Assembly: GCA_038210825.1 (NCBI GenBank)
Contig: JBBQWG010000036.1
Span: forward strand, 607 to 64,606
Length of the DNA stretch: 64,000 nucleotides
Direction: 5' to 3'
DNA from: Verrucomicrobiales bacterium
GTDB lineage: Bacteria > Verrucomicrobiota > Verrucomicrobiia > Verrucomicrobiales > V1-33
The translations under genes and the position numbers were made by a program. The notes beneath the pieces were generated by a model, which was given only the letters and a program-made list of their open reading frames with translations, was not told the DNA's origin and made no database searches. The first letter of the stretch is position 1; the number at the start of each line of letters is the position of its first letter. Shown piece by piece: positions 37,060 to 48,472 of this stretch.

Positions 37060-38235
37060 ATGGCCAGCAAACGCGATTATTACGAAGTCCTCGGCGTTGC
37101 CAAGGGGGCCAGTGCCGACGAAATCAAAAAGTCCTACCGTCAGTTGGCTCTCAAATTCCACCCGGACCGGAATCCCGACGACAAAGCCGCCGAGGAAAAA
37201 TTCAAGGAACTGGGCGAGGCCTATGACGTGCTGGGGGATCCTGAAAAGAAGGCCGCCTATGACCGTTTCGGGCACGCGGCCTTCTCCGCAGGTGCCGGAG
37301 CAGGGGCCGGAGGAGGACGTGGGGGCTTTCACGATCCGTTTGATATCTTCCGGGAGGTCTTTGGCGGCGCGGGAGGTGGCGGCGGAGCCGGCAGCATCTT
37401 TGAGGAATTTTTTGGCGGCGGGAGTGGAGGCGGCGGCCGCGGACAGGCCCGCTCCGGCAAGGCGCGCGGCAGTGATCTGCGCTACGATCTGGAAATCACC
37501 CTCGAGGAGGCCGCGCAGGGCGTGGAAAAGCAGGTGGAACTGGAGCGCGCCGTTGCCTGCGAAACCTGCAGCAGCAGTGGTGCGGCCAAAGGAGGCTCCG
37601 CCAAAACCTGTCCCACTTGTGGCGGCGTCGGCCAGGTGATTGCCAGCCGCGGCTTTTTCCAGGTCCAGCAGGCCTGTCCGGACTGCTCCGGCACCGGCCA
37701 GATTATTTCCAATCCCTGCCCGGACTGCCGCGGTCAGGGGCGGGTGGAAAAGTCCACCCGCATCAACCTCCGGATCCCCGCAGGAATTGGTGAGGGCAGC
37801 CGCCTGCGGTCATCGGGCAATGGGGATGCCGGCTTCCGGGGCGGCCCTGCCGGGGATCTTTATGTGGTGATCCACATCAAAAAGCATGAAGTCTTCGAAC
37901 GTGAGGACAATGATTTGTTCTGCGAGATCCCCGTCAGTTATGCCAAGGCCACGCTCGGTGGTGAAATGATGGTGCCGACCATGGAAGGCAAAGCTTCCCT
38001 CAAAGTGCCGGCCGGCACCCAGTCCGGCACCGTCTTCCGCCTCCGGGGCAAAGGCATGCCGGTGCTGAACCGGGGCATCAAAGGCGACCTCATGGTGACC
38101 ATCCAGGTGGAGGTGCCCACCAATCTGAATGCCGATCAGAAGGAAAAACTCAAGGCCTTCGCGGATTCCTGCGGAGATGAGAACACCCCCATGTCAGAAG
38201 GATTTTTTGAAAAGGCGAAACGCTTTTTCTCCTAG
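37060..38235 (+). CDS. dnaJ: Chaperone DnaJ
   Basis: J domain with HPD, G/F region, four CxxCxxxG repeats, C-terminal domain. Confidence 0.97.
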   Translation: MASKRDYYEVLGVAKGASADEIKKSYRQLALKFHPDRNPDDKAAEEKFKELGEAYDVLGDPEKKAAYDRFGHAAFSAGAGAGAGGGRGGFHDPFDIFREVFGGAGGGGGAGSIFEEFFGGGSGGGGRGQARSGKARGSDLRYDLEITLEEAAQGVEKQVELERAVACETCSSSGAAKGGSAKTCPTCGGVGQVIASRGFFQVQQACPDCSGTGQIISNPCPDCRGQGRVEKSTRINLRIPAGIGEGSRLRSSGNGDAGFRGGPAGDLYVVIHIKKHEVFEREDNDLFCEIPVSYAKATLGGEMMVPTMEGKASLKVPAGTQSGTVFRLRGKGMPVLNRGIKGDLMVTIQVEVPTNLNADQKEKLKAFADSCGDENTPMSEGFFEKAKRFFS

Positions 38236-38274
38236 CATCCGCCGGCTCCGGCCCCTCCCCCCACCGCACCCTGC

Positions 38275-39159
38275 ATGAACGCTCTTGGATTCTTTTTCGG
38301 CCGCTTTGCATGGCAACTCGGGCTGCGCCGGGAGCGGGCCCGCTGGAATGCGGTGACCCGGGAAACCCAGTTGTTGTCCGAAGCCCAGGATCTCCTGGGC
38401 AAACTGGCATGGCCCGCCACCGCCTCGGTGGAACGGCTCTCCGGCGAATACTGGCAAATCACCGACCTCGACCGCCAGCAACATGAACTGCGCAGCCAAA
38501 GCGAACAACTGACTCACGAGAACGACGAAGCCCAGGACCGGCTCTATGCCATGGAGGATGCCTTGGAGCACGAGATCAACAGCCTGCGCCAGAAGAAGGC
38601 GGGGCTCATGGAAAAAGCGGTCGGCATCACGGACCAGGTGGAGGAAATCAGGGACCGCGACAGCGAAACCCGCCGCCGCTTTACTTCCCTGAAAGGCAAA
38701 CTGGAAGTGCTGAAAAAACAAACGGAAGGCGATTTTACAGATGAAATCGACAAGACGCGGCACGCCCTGGCCACGCTCAAGGAGGCCCATACTGCAGATC
38801 TTGCCGCCATGGCTTCCCTCGAAGGCGATGTCCAGCGTCTGGAACTGGTGGTGCAGGGAGTGGACGCTGAAATCAGCGGCCTGCGCGAGCGCCATAAAGT
38901 CCAAACCGCAGATCTGGTGCTGGAGATCGGGCGCCGTTCCAAACAAATCGCCGAAATGTCGGCGCGCATCGGAACGGTGGAGTCCCAAAAAAACGAACTC
39001 TCCTATCAGATTGGCCATTATCTTTCCAGCCAGATGGACCAGCCGGATCCCGAAATCCGCAAGGTGCTGAGCCGCTTCCGTCCGCTGGTCGGACGCATCC
39101 GCCATCTGCGGCGCAGCATCCAATACAACCAGCGCCTCGCCCGGCGGGCCAGCCGTTAG
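38275..39159 (+). CDS. Hypothetical coiled-coil protein
   Basis: 294-aa helical, charged ORF 39 bp after dnaJ with genome-typical codon usage. Confidence 0.75.
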   Translation: MNALGFFFGRFAWQLGLRRERARWNAVTRETQLLSEAQDLLGKLAWPATASVERLSGEYWQITDLDRQQHELRSQSEQLTHENDEAQDRLYAMEDALEHEINSLRQKKAGLMEKAVGITDQVEEIRDRDSETRRRFTSLKGKLEVLKKQTEGDFTDEIDKTRHALATLKEAHTADLAAMASLEGDVQRLELVVQGVDAEISGLRERHKVQTADLVLEIGRRSKQIAEMSARIGTVESQKNELSYQIGHYLSSQMDQPDPEIRKVLSRFRPLVGRIRHLRRSIQYNQRLARRASR

Positions 39160-39180
39160 GATTGCCCGGCTCCGGTGGCT

Positions 39181-40875
39181 TCAGGCCCGGAAGAGGGCCC
39201 CCATTTTTTTGCCAAGCAGCATGCCGGCTCCCGCAAGGGTAATAGTCAGGAAGACCATCGCCCAGACGCCCAGAGCAGAAGCCAGAGCCTCCCCGTTGCC
39301 CAGGGCTCCGTTAAGATTGTAGATGGCTTTGGTAATAGGAAAGTGTTCTCCTTTCTGGGCCAGAATCAGACTGTCCGAAACCTCCAGCATGCCAAAGGAA
39401 AACGCCAGCAGGGCTCCCGCAATCAGGTTGGCCCCGATCAGCGGCAACGTGATTTTGAACAGCGTGCGGAAGGGCGAACAACCAAGGTTCTGCGCGGCTT
39501 CCTCCAGACTCACACTGGTCTGCTGCAGGCCGGCACTGGCACTGCGCACCACGTAAGGCAGGCGGCGGATGGCATACGCCACCACGATAATCCAATAGGG
39601 ATCCTCATCCGGGCCAATCAGCCAGTGAAAGGGCTGGCCCTCACGGGTCATGGCCAGATAACCAAACGCCAGCACCAGTCCAGGCACGGCAATCGGCAGC
39701 ATGGCCAGCGCATCAAGGAGATGCCGTCCAGGCAGTTTGGTGCGCACCACAATCCAGGCAATCGTCACCCCCAGAATGACATCGATGAAAGTGGCGAGTC
39801 CGGCATACTTCAGGCTGTTCACAATGGATGGCACCGTCAGGCCGTGGCTCAGCGCATCGCGGTAGTGCTGCAGGGTATAGCCCGAAGGCAGGACGGAGTC
39901 ATTCCAGTCTGTGGCAAAAGACGTCAGGGTCACTCCGATATGCGGCAGCACCGCAAGGAAGATCACCGAAGCAAACCCCAGCGTTGCCAGCCAGCCTTTG
40001 ATCCCCCCGATGGCCGGCGTTTGCGCCGCCATGCTGGCCCGGCCGCTGCCCGCAAAGTCCGACCGGCCAAACAAAAACTTGCTCAGCAGAAACAGCAGCA
40101 CACTGGCCACCAGCATGATTGCCACCAGCGCATAGGGCAGGGGATTGCCCCCGATTTCCTTGATCCCGTCGAAAATCTGCACCGAAGTCACCCTCGAGTA
40201 ATCAAACATGAGCGGCACGCCCAGTTCCGTAAAACCCCAAATAAACACAATGGAGGCACCGGCAAAAATCCCCGGCATGGCGAGGGGCAGGGTCACCTTC
40301 CAGAAACGGCGGAATGGCGAACAGCCAAGGTTCTCTGCCGCCTCATCCAAGGCCGGATCAAGGTTGGCCAGCGATGCCGTGATGTTCAGATACAAAATTG
40401 GATAGAGATGCAGCGCATTCATCAGGATCACCCCGAACAGCCGCCCATTGCCCAGCCAGTCCATGGGTTCGCCCAGAGCAATCTGCCCCGGCATGATCAG
40501 GGCATTGAGGGCCCCGTGCTGACCCAGCACCTGCTTCACGCCAATGGCCCCCACAAAGGGCGGGAGAATCAGCGGCACCAGCACCAACGCTCCAAGAATC
40601 CCTTTGCCCGGATAGGCATACCGGGCACTCAACACCGCCAGCGGCAGCGCCAGGATCATGGCCAGCACCGTGCTGCCCGCCGCCATCTTCAGCGCATTGA
40701 CCAGCCCTTCCCGGTAAATCGGATTGCTGAAGATCTGGATCACATACTCAAAGGTGAATCCCCCCCCGGGTTTGGTAAAGGCCTCCCGCACCGTGTTGAA
40801 GATCGGATAGACAAAAAAGCATCCCATCACCGTCATGATGAACAGCAGGAAACCGTAGGAGGGGAGGCGTTTCAT
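39181..40875 (-). CDS. ABC transporter permease (Fe3+/thiamine type, two TM modules)
   Basis: Two EAAxNLG loops, LPPFVGA, PGLVLAFG. Confidence 0.92.
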   Translation of the reverse strand: MKRLPSYGFLLFIMTVMGCFFVYPIFNTVREAFTKPGGGFTFEYVIQIFSNPIYREGLVNALKMAAGSTVLAMILALPLAVLSARYAYPGKGILGALVLVPLILPPFVGAIGVKQVLGQHGALNALIMPGQIALGEPMDWLGNGRLFGVILMNALHLYPILYLNITASLANLDPALDEAAENLGCSPFRRFWKVTLPLAMPGIFAGASIVFIWGFTELGVPLMFDYSRVTSVQIFDGIKEIGGNPLPYALVAIMLVASVLLFLLSKFLFGRSDFAGSGRASMAAQTPAIGGIKGWLATLGFASVIFLAVLPHIGVTLTSFATDWNDSVLPSGYTLQHYRDALSHGLTVPSIVNSLKYAGLATFIDVILGVTIAWIVVRTKLPGRHLLDALAMLPIAVPGLVLAFGYLAMTREGQPFHWLIGPDEDPYWIIVVAYAIRRLPYVVRSASAGLQQTSVSLEEAAQNLGCSPFRTLFKITLPLIGANLIAGALLAFSFGMLEVSDSLILAQKGEHFPITKAIYNLNGALGNGEALASALGVWAMVFLTITLAGAGMLLGKKMGALFRA

Positions 40876-40993
40876 CGGTGGGTGAAAATCGGGCCGCGGG
40901 ACCACGCCATGCATGGCACAAACCGCGCCGATATCCACGCAAATCACGGACACGGACCGGCAGATCCGCGGCGTTTTCCGCCGGACCTGGGGA

Positions 40994-43495
40994 TCAATCC
41001 GCAACTTTCAGCCGCATATAGCGTTGGGGGCCATCTCTGACTACGGAGGCGGTGCGCCGCTGGTCAGGACCAATGGGGGAGAGAGTCACGCCCTCGGTGG
41101 TCCATCCCCCAAGGCCGGTGCTGGTTTCCGCCTGGTAGGTGATCCCCGGAGCGGCGGCGTGGAAGGTGAGGCTCAGCGTGTCCGGACCCAATACCGGGGC
41201 AGGCAGGCTGCCGGAGAGGTTGAGCCGTGGATTCAGATTCAGCGCATACGCCATGAGATAGGAAACGCCATCGCCATCTGGGTCCTGCTGGAGGCTGGAG
41301 TCATGGGGAAGATTATTTTGCAGCAGCCAGGAGGCAGCGGGGTAGATGGATTCGTCAATCCTGACCGCCGGGCGGCCATTCCAGGTGGGAGCGGTGAATC
41401 CGCTCTTGCTGCTGAGCCAGTAGGTGGTGTAGCCAGCGGGGAGTTGGCCTGTCAGGCTGATGAAACTGGAAGCATTCCCGAGAAATGTCATTCGTGTAAG
41501 ACTGGTGCAATCGGAGAAGGCAAAATACCCGAGGGAAGTGAGGGAAGCCGGGATGGTAACACTGGTGAGCCCCGGGCACTTGGAGAAGGTGTAATTTCCG
41601 ATGGAGGTGAGCTTAGCCGGAAGGTTGATCGTGGTAAGACTGATGCAGTTTGAGAAGGCAGAATCCTCAAGGTAACTGAGCGAGTCAGGGAAGGTAATGC
41701 TGGTGAGCCCCGCGCAGTTGCTGAAGGAACCTGCGTGGATTTGCCGCAGAGAGTCTGGCCATGTGATATTGGTTAGATCCGTGCAGCCGGAGAAGACCCC
41801 GCGTTGTATAGTGTCAAGGGGAGGAGGAAGGTGAATGGCAGTAAGTCCGGTGCATCCGGAGAAAGCAGCCTCTGCTATATAGAAGAGGGAGGCCGGAAAG
41901 GTGATGCTGGTGAGACTGGAGCAGTTGTAGAAAGCCTGTTTCTCGATGTAGGTGAGAGAGGCTGGCCACGTGAAGCTGGCGAGACTGGAGCAGTTGTAGA
42001 AAGTGTCTTCGCCGATAAAGGCAAGGGAGGCGGAGATGGTGGCGCTGGCAAGGCTGGAGCAGTTGTAGAAGGCAGATGCCCCGAGGGAAATGAGGGAAGC
42101 CGGCAAGGTGATGCTGGTAAGACTGGTGCAATTGTAGAATGCGCGTTCACCGATCGATATCAGCGAAGTCCCAAGGGTGATGGTGGCAAGTCTGGTGCAG
42201 TCCTTGAAGGCGGAATTCCTTAGGGTTTTGAAAGAGTGCGGGAGGGTGATACTGTCGATACTGGTGCATCCGGAGAAGGCAGAGTCCCAAATGGAGAGGA
42301 GGGATTCTGGCAAGGTGATGCTAGTAAGGCTGGAGCAGTTGTAGAAAGTGTATGAGATAATGGATTCCAGAGAACCTGCGATGGTAGCGCTGGTGAGGCC
42401 GGTGCAGTCGTAGAAGGCGTGACTCCCAAGGGAGGTAAGGGACGCCGGCAAGGTGATACTGGCAAGTCTGGGACAATTGAAAAAAGCATATTCACCAATC
42501 GATGAGAGGGAAGCCCCAAAGGTGATACTGGCAAGACCGGTGCAGTTTTGGAAGCCGCCCTTCCCAAGGGAAATGAGGGAATCCGGAAGACCGGTGCTTG
42601 TGAGCGCCGTGCAGCCAGCGAAGGCGTAGCTTCCGATGGAGGTGAGAGAAGCCGGGAAAGCGATGCTGGTGAGTGCAGTACAGCGTGCAAAGGCGTAACT
42701 TGAGATGGAGGTGAGGGAAGCCGGAAGAGAAATGCTAGTGAGGGCGGCGCAACCGGCGAAGGCGTTTACACCCAAGGAGGAGAGGGAGGCAGGGAGGTTG
42801 ATGCGGAGAAGGCCGGTACACGCGGAGAAGGCATCCTCTCCGATAGAGACAATGGTGTCCGGGAGGGTGACACTGGTCAGACCGGAGCAGCCGCTGAAGG
42901 TGCTAATTCCGATGCCTGTAAGGGAGTCAGGGAAGGTGATGGTGGTGAGACCGGTGCATCCGGTGAAGCTGATATTCCCGATGTTTGTGAGGGAGTCCGG
43001 CAGCGCGAGGCTGGTGATGTTGCGGCAGTAGTAGAAAGCGCTATCGCCGATGGATGTCAGAGAGTCTGGTAGAGATATGCCGGTGAGGGAGGTGCAACGG
43101 GAGAAGGCGTGTTTTCCGAGGGAACTGAGGGAGTCCGGAAGCGTAATGCTGATAAGACCGGTGCATCCGGAGAAAGCCCCCAGTCCGATGGAGGTTAGTG
43201 CGTCTGGAAGGGTGACGTTGGTGAGACCAACGCAGTCAAGGAAGGCATGAAACTCAATCGAGGTGACCAATTTTCCATCAATGGTGGACGGGACATCTAT
43301 CGCCCCCACTGGATTGGAGGCTTTGGTGATGGTTACTGTGTTTTGCGGGGTGACGGTATAGGTGTAAATTCCGAACTGCTCCGCATGCAGCAGGTTGGTA
43401 AGCGCGTGAAGCAGAATGCATAGGGCGAGCCAGAGGCGAGAGCTGTCGGAGGTGGGGAAACGATCTTCCATGGAGTCGAAATAATTGATGAGCAT
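40994..43495 (-). CDS. BspA-type (LRR_5) leucine-rich-repeat surface protein
   Basis: 26 repeats of 23 aa, consensus LTSIGxxAFxxCTxLTSITLPxS; signal peptide; C-terminal DPDGDG and PVC-type end domain. Confidence 0.93.
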   Translation of the reverse strand: MLINYFDSMEDRFPTSDSSRLWLALCILLHALTNLLHAEQFGIYTYTVTPQNTVTITKASNPVGAIDVPSTIDGKLVTSIEFHAFLDCVGLTNVTLPDALTSIGLGAFSGCTGLISITLPDSLSSLGKHAFSRCTSLTGISLPDSLTSIGDSAFYYCRNITSLALPDSLTNIGNISFTGCTGLTTITFPDSLTGIGISTFSGCSGLTSVTLPDTIVSIGEDAFSACTGLLRINLPASLSSLGVNAFAGCAALTSISLPASLTSISSYAFARCTALTSIAFPASLTSIGSYAFAGCTALTSTGLPDSLISLGKGGFQNCTGLASITFGASLSSIGEYAFFNCPRLASITLPASLTSLGSHAFYDCTGLTSATIAGSLESIISYTFYNCSSLTSITLPESLLSIWDSAFSGCTSIDSITLPHSFKTLRNSAFKDCTRLATITLGTSLISIGERAFYNCTSLTSITLPASLISLGASAFYNCSSLASATISASLAFIGEDTFYNCSSLASFTWPASLTYIEKQAFYNCSSLTSITFPASLFYIAEAAFSGCTGLTAIHLPPPLDTIQRGVFSGCTDLTNITWPDSLRQIHAGSFSNCAGLTSITFPDSLSYLEDSAFSNCISLTTINLPAKLTSIGNYTFSKCPGLTSVTIPASLTSLGYFAFSDCTSLTRMTFLGNASSFISLTGQLPAGYTTYWLSSKSGFTAPTWNGRPAVRIDESIYPAASWLLQNNLPHDSSLQQDPDGDGVSYLMAYALNLNPRLNLSGSLPAPVLGPDTLSLTFHAAAPGITYQAETSTGLGGWTTEGVTLSPIGPDQRRTASVVRDGPQRYMRLKVAD

Positions 43496-43708
43496 GCTGG
43501 GCGTCAGGGACAGGATTTAACTTCATGACGAGGACCGAAAAAGCGGCTTTTTAAGATTAATTCATGACTGGGCTGGGGCAGGGACTGAGGAAACCGCCTG
43601 AATGGGATCACCCGGCTCGTTTTCGGGACGGCGCATCATTATCAGCTTGGGAAAACGCCAAAGACTTGAGTGATGTGGAATGGGACCTTTGGAAGGCGTG
43701 GATGCCAT

Positions 43709-45316
43709 CTATTTTCCTTTTCTGGCCAGTTCCGCCGCGTTTTGATACTGCTGGCGGAATTGCCAGGCGAGGGTGCGGCTGAGTTCGGAGGTGACGAGGC
43801 TGTTCCGCTGATTGAGTTTTCCGGCGATGGCACCGGTGACGTTGGCATAACTGATATGGGTGAGGTCGCTGAAGGCGGCGGTGGCCTCGGGCGGGAAGTT
43901 GTTTTCAATGAGGGCGGCCCAGGCAGTTTTGAGTTCCTCGTGGGTGTCGAGACACATGGCGCGGATGACCAGGCGGATTGCGGTGAAACTGCTTCCGGTC
44001 AGGGTGGCGTCGTAGGTCAGGGACTTGCCGGCTTCATACGGCAGAATGCCAGGATCGCTGGCGTGGACCAGATTTTCGGGGGTGAAGTAGTCCCGCCGCA
44101 CCGGCAGGCGGCGCAGGGCGGTGCGCTGCGGTCCCCCCGGAGTGCCGGTTTTCCACGCCCAGAGCCGTTGACCTTCCATGCTCAGGACAAACTCGATGAA
44201 CTGGGTGGCCAGTTCGGGATTGGGGGCTCCCCGGAACAGCGCAATCGGATCCACACTGGGGGTGGTGCCGCCTTCCGGGAGCACAAACGCGAGGCGGCTG
44301 AAGCCATTGGCCTGTTCGAGCCGTTCGATGAAATTCCGCGCATAAAAATCCACACACATGCCTGCGGCGGCTTCCCCCTCACTCACATCCAGCGGGATCT
44401 TGGTGGAGCTGTCCGTCCAGTAGCGGGCATTGGCCCCGATTCTCTGGATGATCCCCATTCCTTTCAGCCAGCCGCCCTGGTGGGCCTGCTTTTTGGCGTG
44501 GTCATCCGGCGCGTCCGCGGCGGCCTCCTGCATGGCCTGCTGGAGGATGGATTCCATCATTTTCACCACGGTCCCGCTCTTGCCAGGATCGGAGAGGGCG
44601 ATCTGGTTTTCATAGCGGGGATGGGTCAAATCCTCCCACTGGTCCGGAAGATCGGTGTAGCCGCGGCGTTGGTGGAAGTCGATATTATAACAGATTCCAA
44701 AGGACGACAGGCAGGCTCCCACCCAGGCAAAATCGGGATCGGTGTAGGTTTCCCCGGCCCACTGGGAGGGAATGGCGGATTCCGTAAACCACGCGGGGTG
44801 GCTGGCTTTCAGACCGGCAATGCCGGTGCCCCGGGCCGCATCGCCCGGCACGATATAGCCTTTTCTTTTCATGTCGGAAAAATCCGGGGTGCCCCCGCCA
44901 AAGAACAGATCGATGCCAATGCCGACCTCCGAGTCCAGCCACACCTTGCGGGCGGTGGAATCAGTTTTGGCGTCGGTAAACACCACACCGAATTGATCCT
45001 GCCATGGCTCCGGCTGTTGTTGACTCCAATGGTATTCAAGAGCGGCCCGGAATTCACTGGCCACCACTTTGGAAATCTCGCTGGTGCCGCCCGGCACCCG
45101 CCAGTCAATCACCACGGAGCGCTGGTGTGTATCCTTCATCCAGCGCTGGAAGGCAGCTTCGAATTCATAACGGATCGATTCCACATGGGGAGTCACGATC
45201 ACCAGCCGGTCGCGCTCCGCAAAGTCCTGGGTGCGGGCACTGGTCTCCGGCTTCATCAGCACCGGACCGGCGATGACTGCGATCAGAGCGAAAAAAACGA
45301 GGAGATAGCGGACCAT
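43709..45316 (-). CDS. ABC transporter substrate-binding protein (Fe3+ family)
   Basis: LVIVTPH, GGTSEI, DLFFGGG, WEDL and DPGKSG motifs. Confidence 0.88.
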   Translation of the reverse strand: MVRYLLVFFALIAVIAGPVLMKPETSARTQDFAERDRLVIVTPHVESIRYEFEAAFQRWMKDTHQRSVVIDWRVPGGTSEISKVVASEFRAALEYHWSQQQPEPWQDQFGVVFTDAKTDSTARKVWLDSEVGIGIDLFFGGGTPDFSDMKRKGYIVPGDAARGTGIAGLKASHPAWFTESAIPSQWAGETYTDPDFAWVGACLSSFGICYNIDFHQRRGYTDLPDQWEDLTHPRYENQIALSDPGKSGTVVKMMESILQQAMQEAAADAPDDHAKKQAHQGGWLKGMGIIQRIGANARYWTDSSTKIPLDVSEGEAAAGMCVDFYARNFIERLEQANGFSRLAFVLPEGGTTPSVDPIALFRGAPNPELATQFIEFVLSMEGQRLWAWKTGTPGGPQRTALRRLPVRRDYFTPENLVHASDPGILPYEAGKSLTYDATLTGSSFTAIRLVIRAMCLDTHEELKTAWAALIENNFPPEATAAFSDLTHISYANVTGAIAGKLNQRNSLVTSELSRTLAWQFRQQYQNAAELARKGK

Positions 45317-45472
45317 GGCGGGGTTTCAGGTTGAACAGAAGGTCACGACGGGCAGGAGGCCATAACAACGAGGGATGGAGTCCGGCAGGAAGAACGAAAG
45401 CAATGACGGAGGAGGAATCATGGGATCAATTTTTTCTTGGCTGTCCTTCCTGACCTTCTGTTCAAATGAATG

Positions 45473-46552
<1,080 letters not shown>

Positions 46553-46727
46553 GGGCGTTCGGGACAATGAGGCAGGCGTCGTGCCAGCGGGCATGCCTAA
46601 GGCGGGGGCCCGGCAAGGTCAAGCCGCTCACGCCGGCGGCAGGCCCAGGGCAGGTAAAAGTCGGACCGCAGGTTCCCGGACCGGGAGCCAGGATCCGTCC
46701 ATGCCCTGACCAAGTGGGCACCTTCAG

Positions 46728-48254
46728 TCACACCGGCTTTTCAGAGGGGGAACTGGCAGGAGCCTTGGGCAGAAGATTTTCCCCTTCCCGCAACGGTTGC
46801 GCCAGGCGGGCCTGTTCGTCCAGAACCCCAGCCTCGCTCTGCAATCCTCCTTCTGCTTTGGTGGACACGACATCGGGTTCCTTGGGGGTCCCAGTGGATG
46901 GAAGTGAGGCTTTGGCCGGTGCATCTGGTGACCTGGCCGGCTTCCCCTCAATCATAGTGATGGGAATGCCCTGCGGGAAGACCACCTCGCGGGCCTCGTC
47001 GGGCATGGAGATGCCGTGCTGTTGAAAGGCGCGTTTTACCAGACGGATCACCGATGACCGCACCTTCAGCCAACTGTGTTCGCGGCCATTAAGCCAAAAA
47101 TAGATGCGCAAATCGACGGTCGACTTGCCGAGGCTTTCGGCCAGCACCGCGGGCTCGGGGTCGCTCAATACCGCCGGATGCTCCGTCAGCACCCGGAGGG
47201 CGATTTCCTGCGCTTCGTTGATGGAATCGTCGTAGCCGATCCCGACGGTAAAGTTTTCGCGCCGGTTGGCGTTGGTTGTGAAGTTGCGGAGATTGCTCTT
47301 ATACACACTGGCATTGGGGATCTGCACGAGGTTGCCATCCAGCGCCATCAGGATAGTGGTGCGCACGTTCAACTGTTGCACGTATCCGGTCACGCCGGAG
47401 ACTTCCACCAGATCACCGGTCTCGAATGGCCGCTGCATGCTCAGAAAAATGCTGGCCAGGAAATTTTCCGTGATGTCCCGGAAGGCAATGCCCACCGCCA
47501 AACCGACCAGGCCGGTGCCCCCCACCACCGTCAGCGCCAACTGCGTCAGTCCTGAGACCCGGAGGACGATGTAGGTTCCCACCAGAAAAACCAGCACCCC
47601 AATGCCACCCGCGATGACATTGCGCAGCAGTCGTGCTTGAATCCGGTCATGCAGGACTGAACGTGTTAGACGTGCGGCCAGCAGTCCCGCTCCGGCTGAC
47701 AGTCCAAGGATGATCATCCCAAAGAGCAGCAGGGGCAGGGAACGCAGGAAGTCGCGCCACAAACCCTTCAGTCCCTGCCTTGCGGGACCCATGTCCCACA
47801 CCGGCGGTTCCGCCACTTCCATCCGGTTCGCCACTGCCACCACGTCCTGGGTGTTGCGCGCCAGATCGCCCGCCCACTTCTTGAGTTCAGCGGACGCCAC
47901 CCGGCCGTTGAGGAAAACGACTCCCTCTTCGACCCGGACTTCCGGTGCGGTGAACCATTCCGTCGCCATGAGGACGCTTTGGAGGCGTTGGCGGATTTCC
48001 TCGTCACGCGCCACCGGATTGACATCCACCTTCGCCGGAGCCAGCGAAAGATCTTCCTTGGCAGGAGGCAGCGGGGCGGCCGAAGCGCCGGCCTCAACGG
48101 GCGGTGCCTGGGCCATGACCGTCACCAGCATCATGCAATAAAACGCCGCTAGCCATGCCACCCGCCAAAGGCGAAGGGTAAACCCACCAGCCGTCTGTCC
48201 CAAATGGACCTGCCGGGTTGTTGCAGACAGACAGGCCGGTTCAAAATTCATCAT
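46728..48254 (-). CDS. MscS family mechanosensitive channel with N-terminal BON domain
   Basis: VRVEEGVVFLNG...VVAVANRM (BON); GLAVGIAFRDITENF, RPFETGD and IPNA motifs. Start uncertain. Confidence 0.9.
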   Translation of the reverse strand: MMNFEPACLSATTRQVHLGQTAGGFTLRLWRVAWLAAFYCMMLVTVMAQAPPVEAGASAAPLPPAKEDLSLAPAKVDVNPVARDEEIRQRLQSVLMATEWFTAPEVRVEEGVVFLNGRVASAELKKWAGDLARNTQDVVAVANRMEVAEPPVWDMGPARQGLKGLWRDFLRSLPLLLFGMIILGLSAGAGLLAARLTRSVLHDRIQARLLRNVIAGGIGVLVFLVGTYIVLRVSGLTQLALTVVGGTGLVGLAVGIAFRDITENFLASIFLSMQRPFETGDLVEVSGVTGYVQQLNVRTTILMALDGNLVQIPNASVYKSNLRNFTTNANRRENFTVGIGYDDSINEAQEIALRVLTEHPAVLSDPEPAVLAESLGKSTVDLRIYFWLNGREHSWLKVRSSVIRLVKRAFQQHGISMPDEAREVVFPQGIPITMIEGKPARSPDAPAKASLPSTGTPKEPDVVSTKAEGGLQSEAGVLDEQARLAQPLREGENLLPKAPASSPSEKPV

Positions 48255-48472
48255 GCGCGGGGTTTTTCTCACGGTATCCCCGTATCGCGGGACATCCAGC
48301 ACTATCAGCAGGCACAGCAAATCAGCGCGCAGGAGCACTCCACCGGGAACACCCTATCCTCCAAGGTCCTTTACAGAGAGGCGCCAATACCTCCGTCATG
48401 GATTGCATGCGGACCGACGATGCCCGGTCCGGGGCCGGGAGCCTGGCTTTTTCAGCATCTCCACGAGGAAGA

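Noticed and set aside
40994-43495. LRR gene as a diversity-generating retroelement target
   Set aside because: No reverse transcriptase and no template repeat with adenine-specific differences seen in the window.
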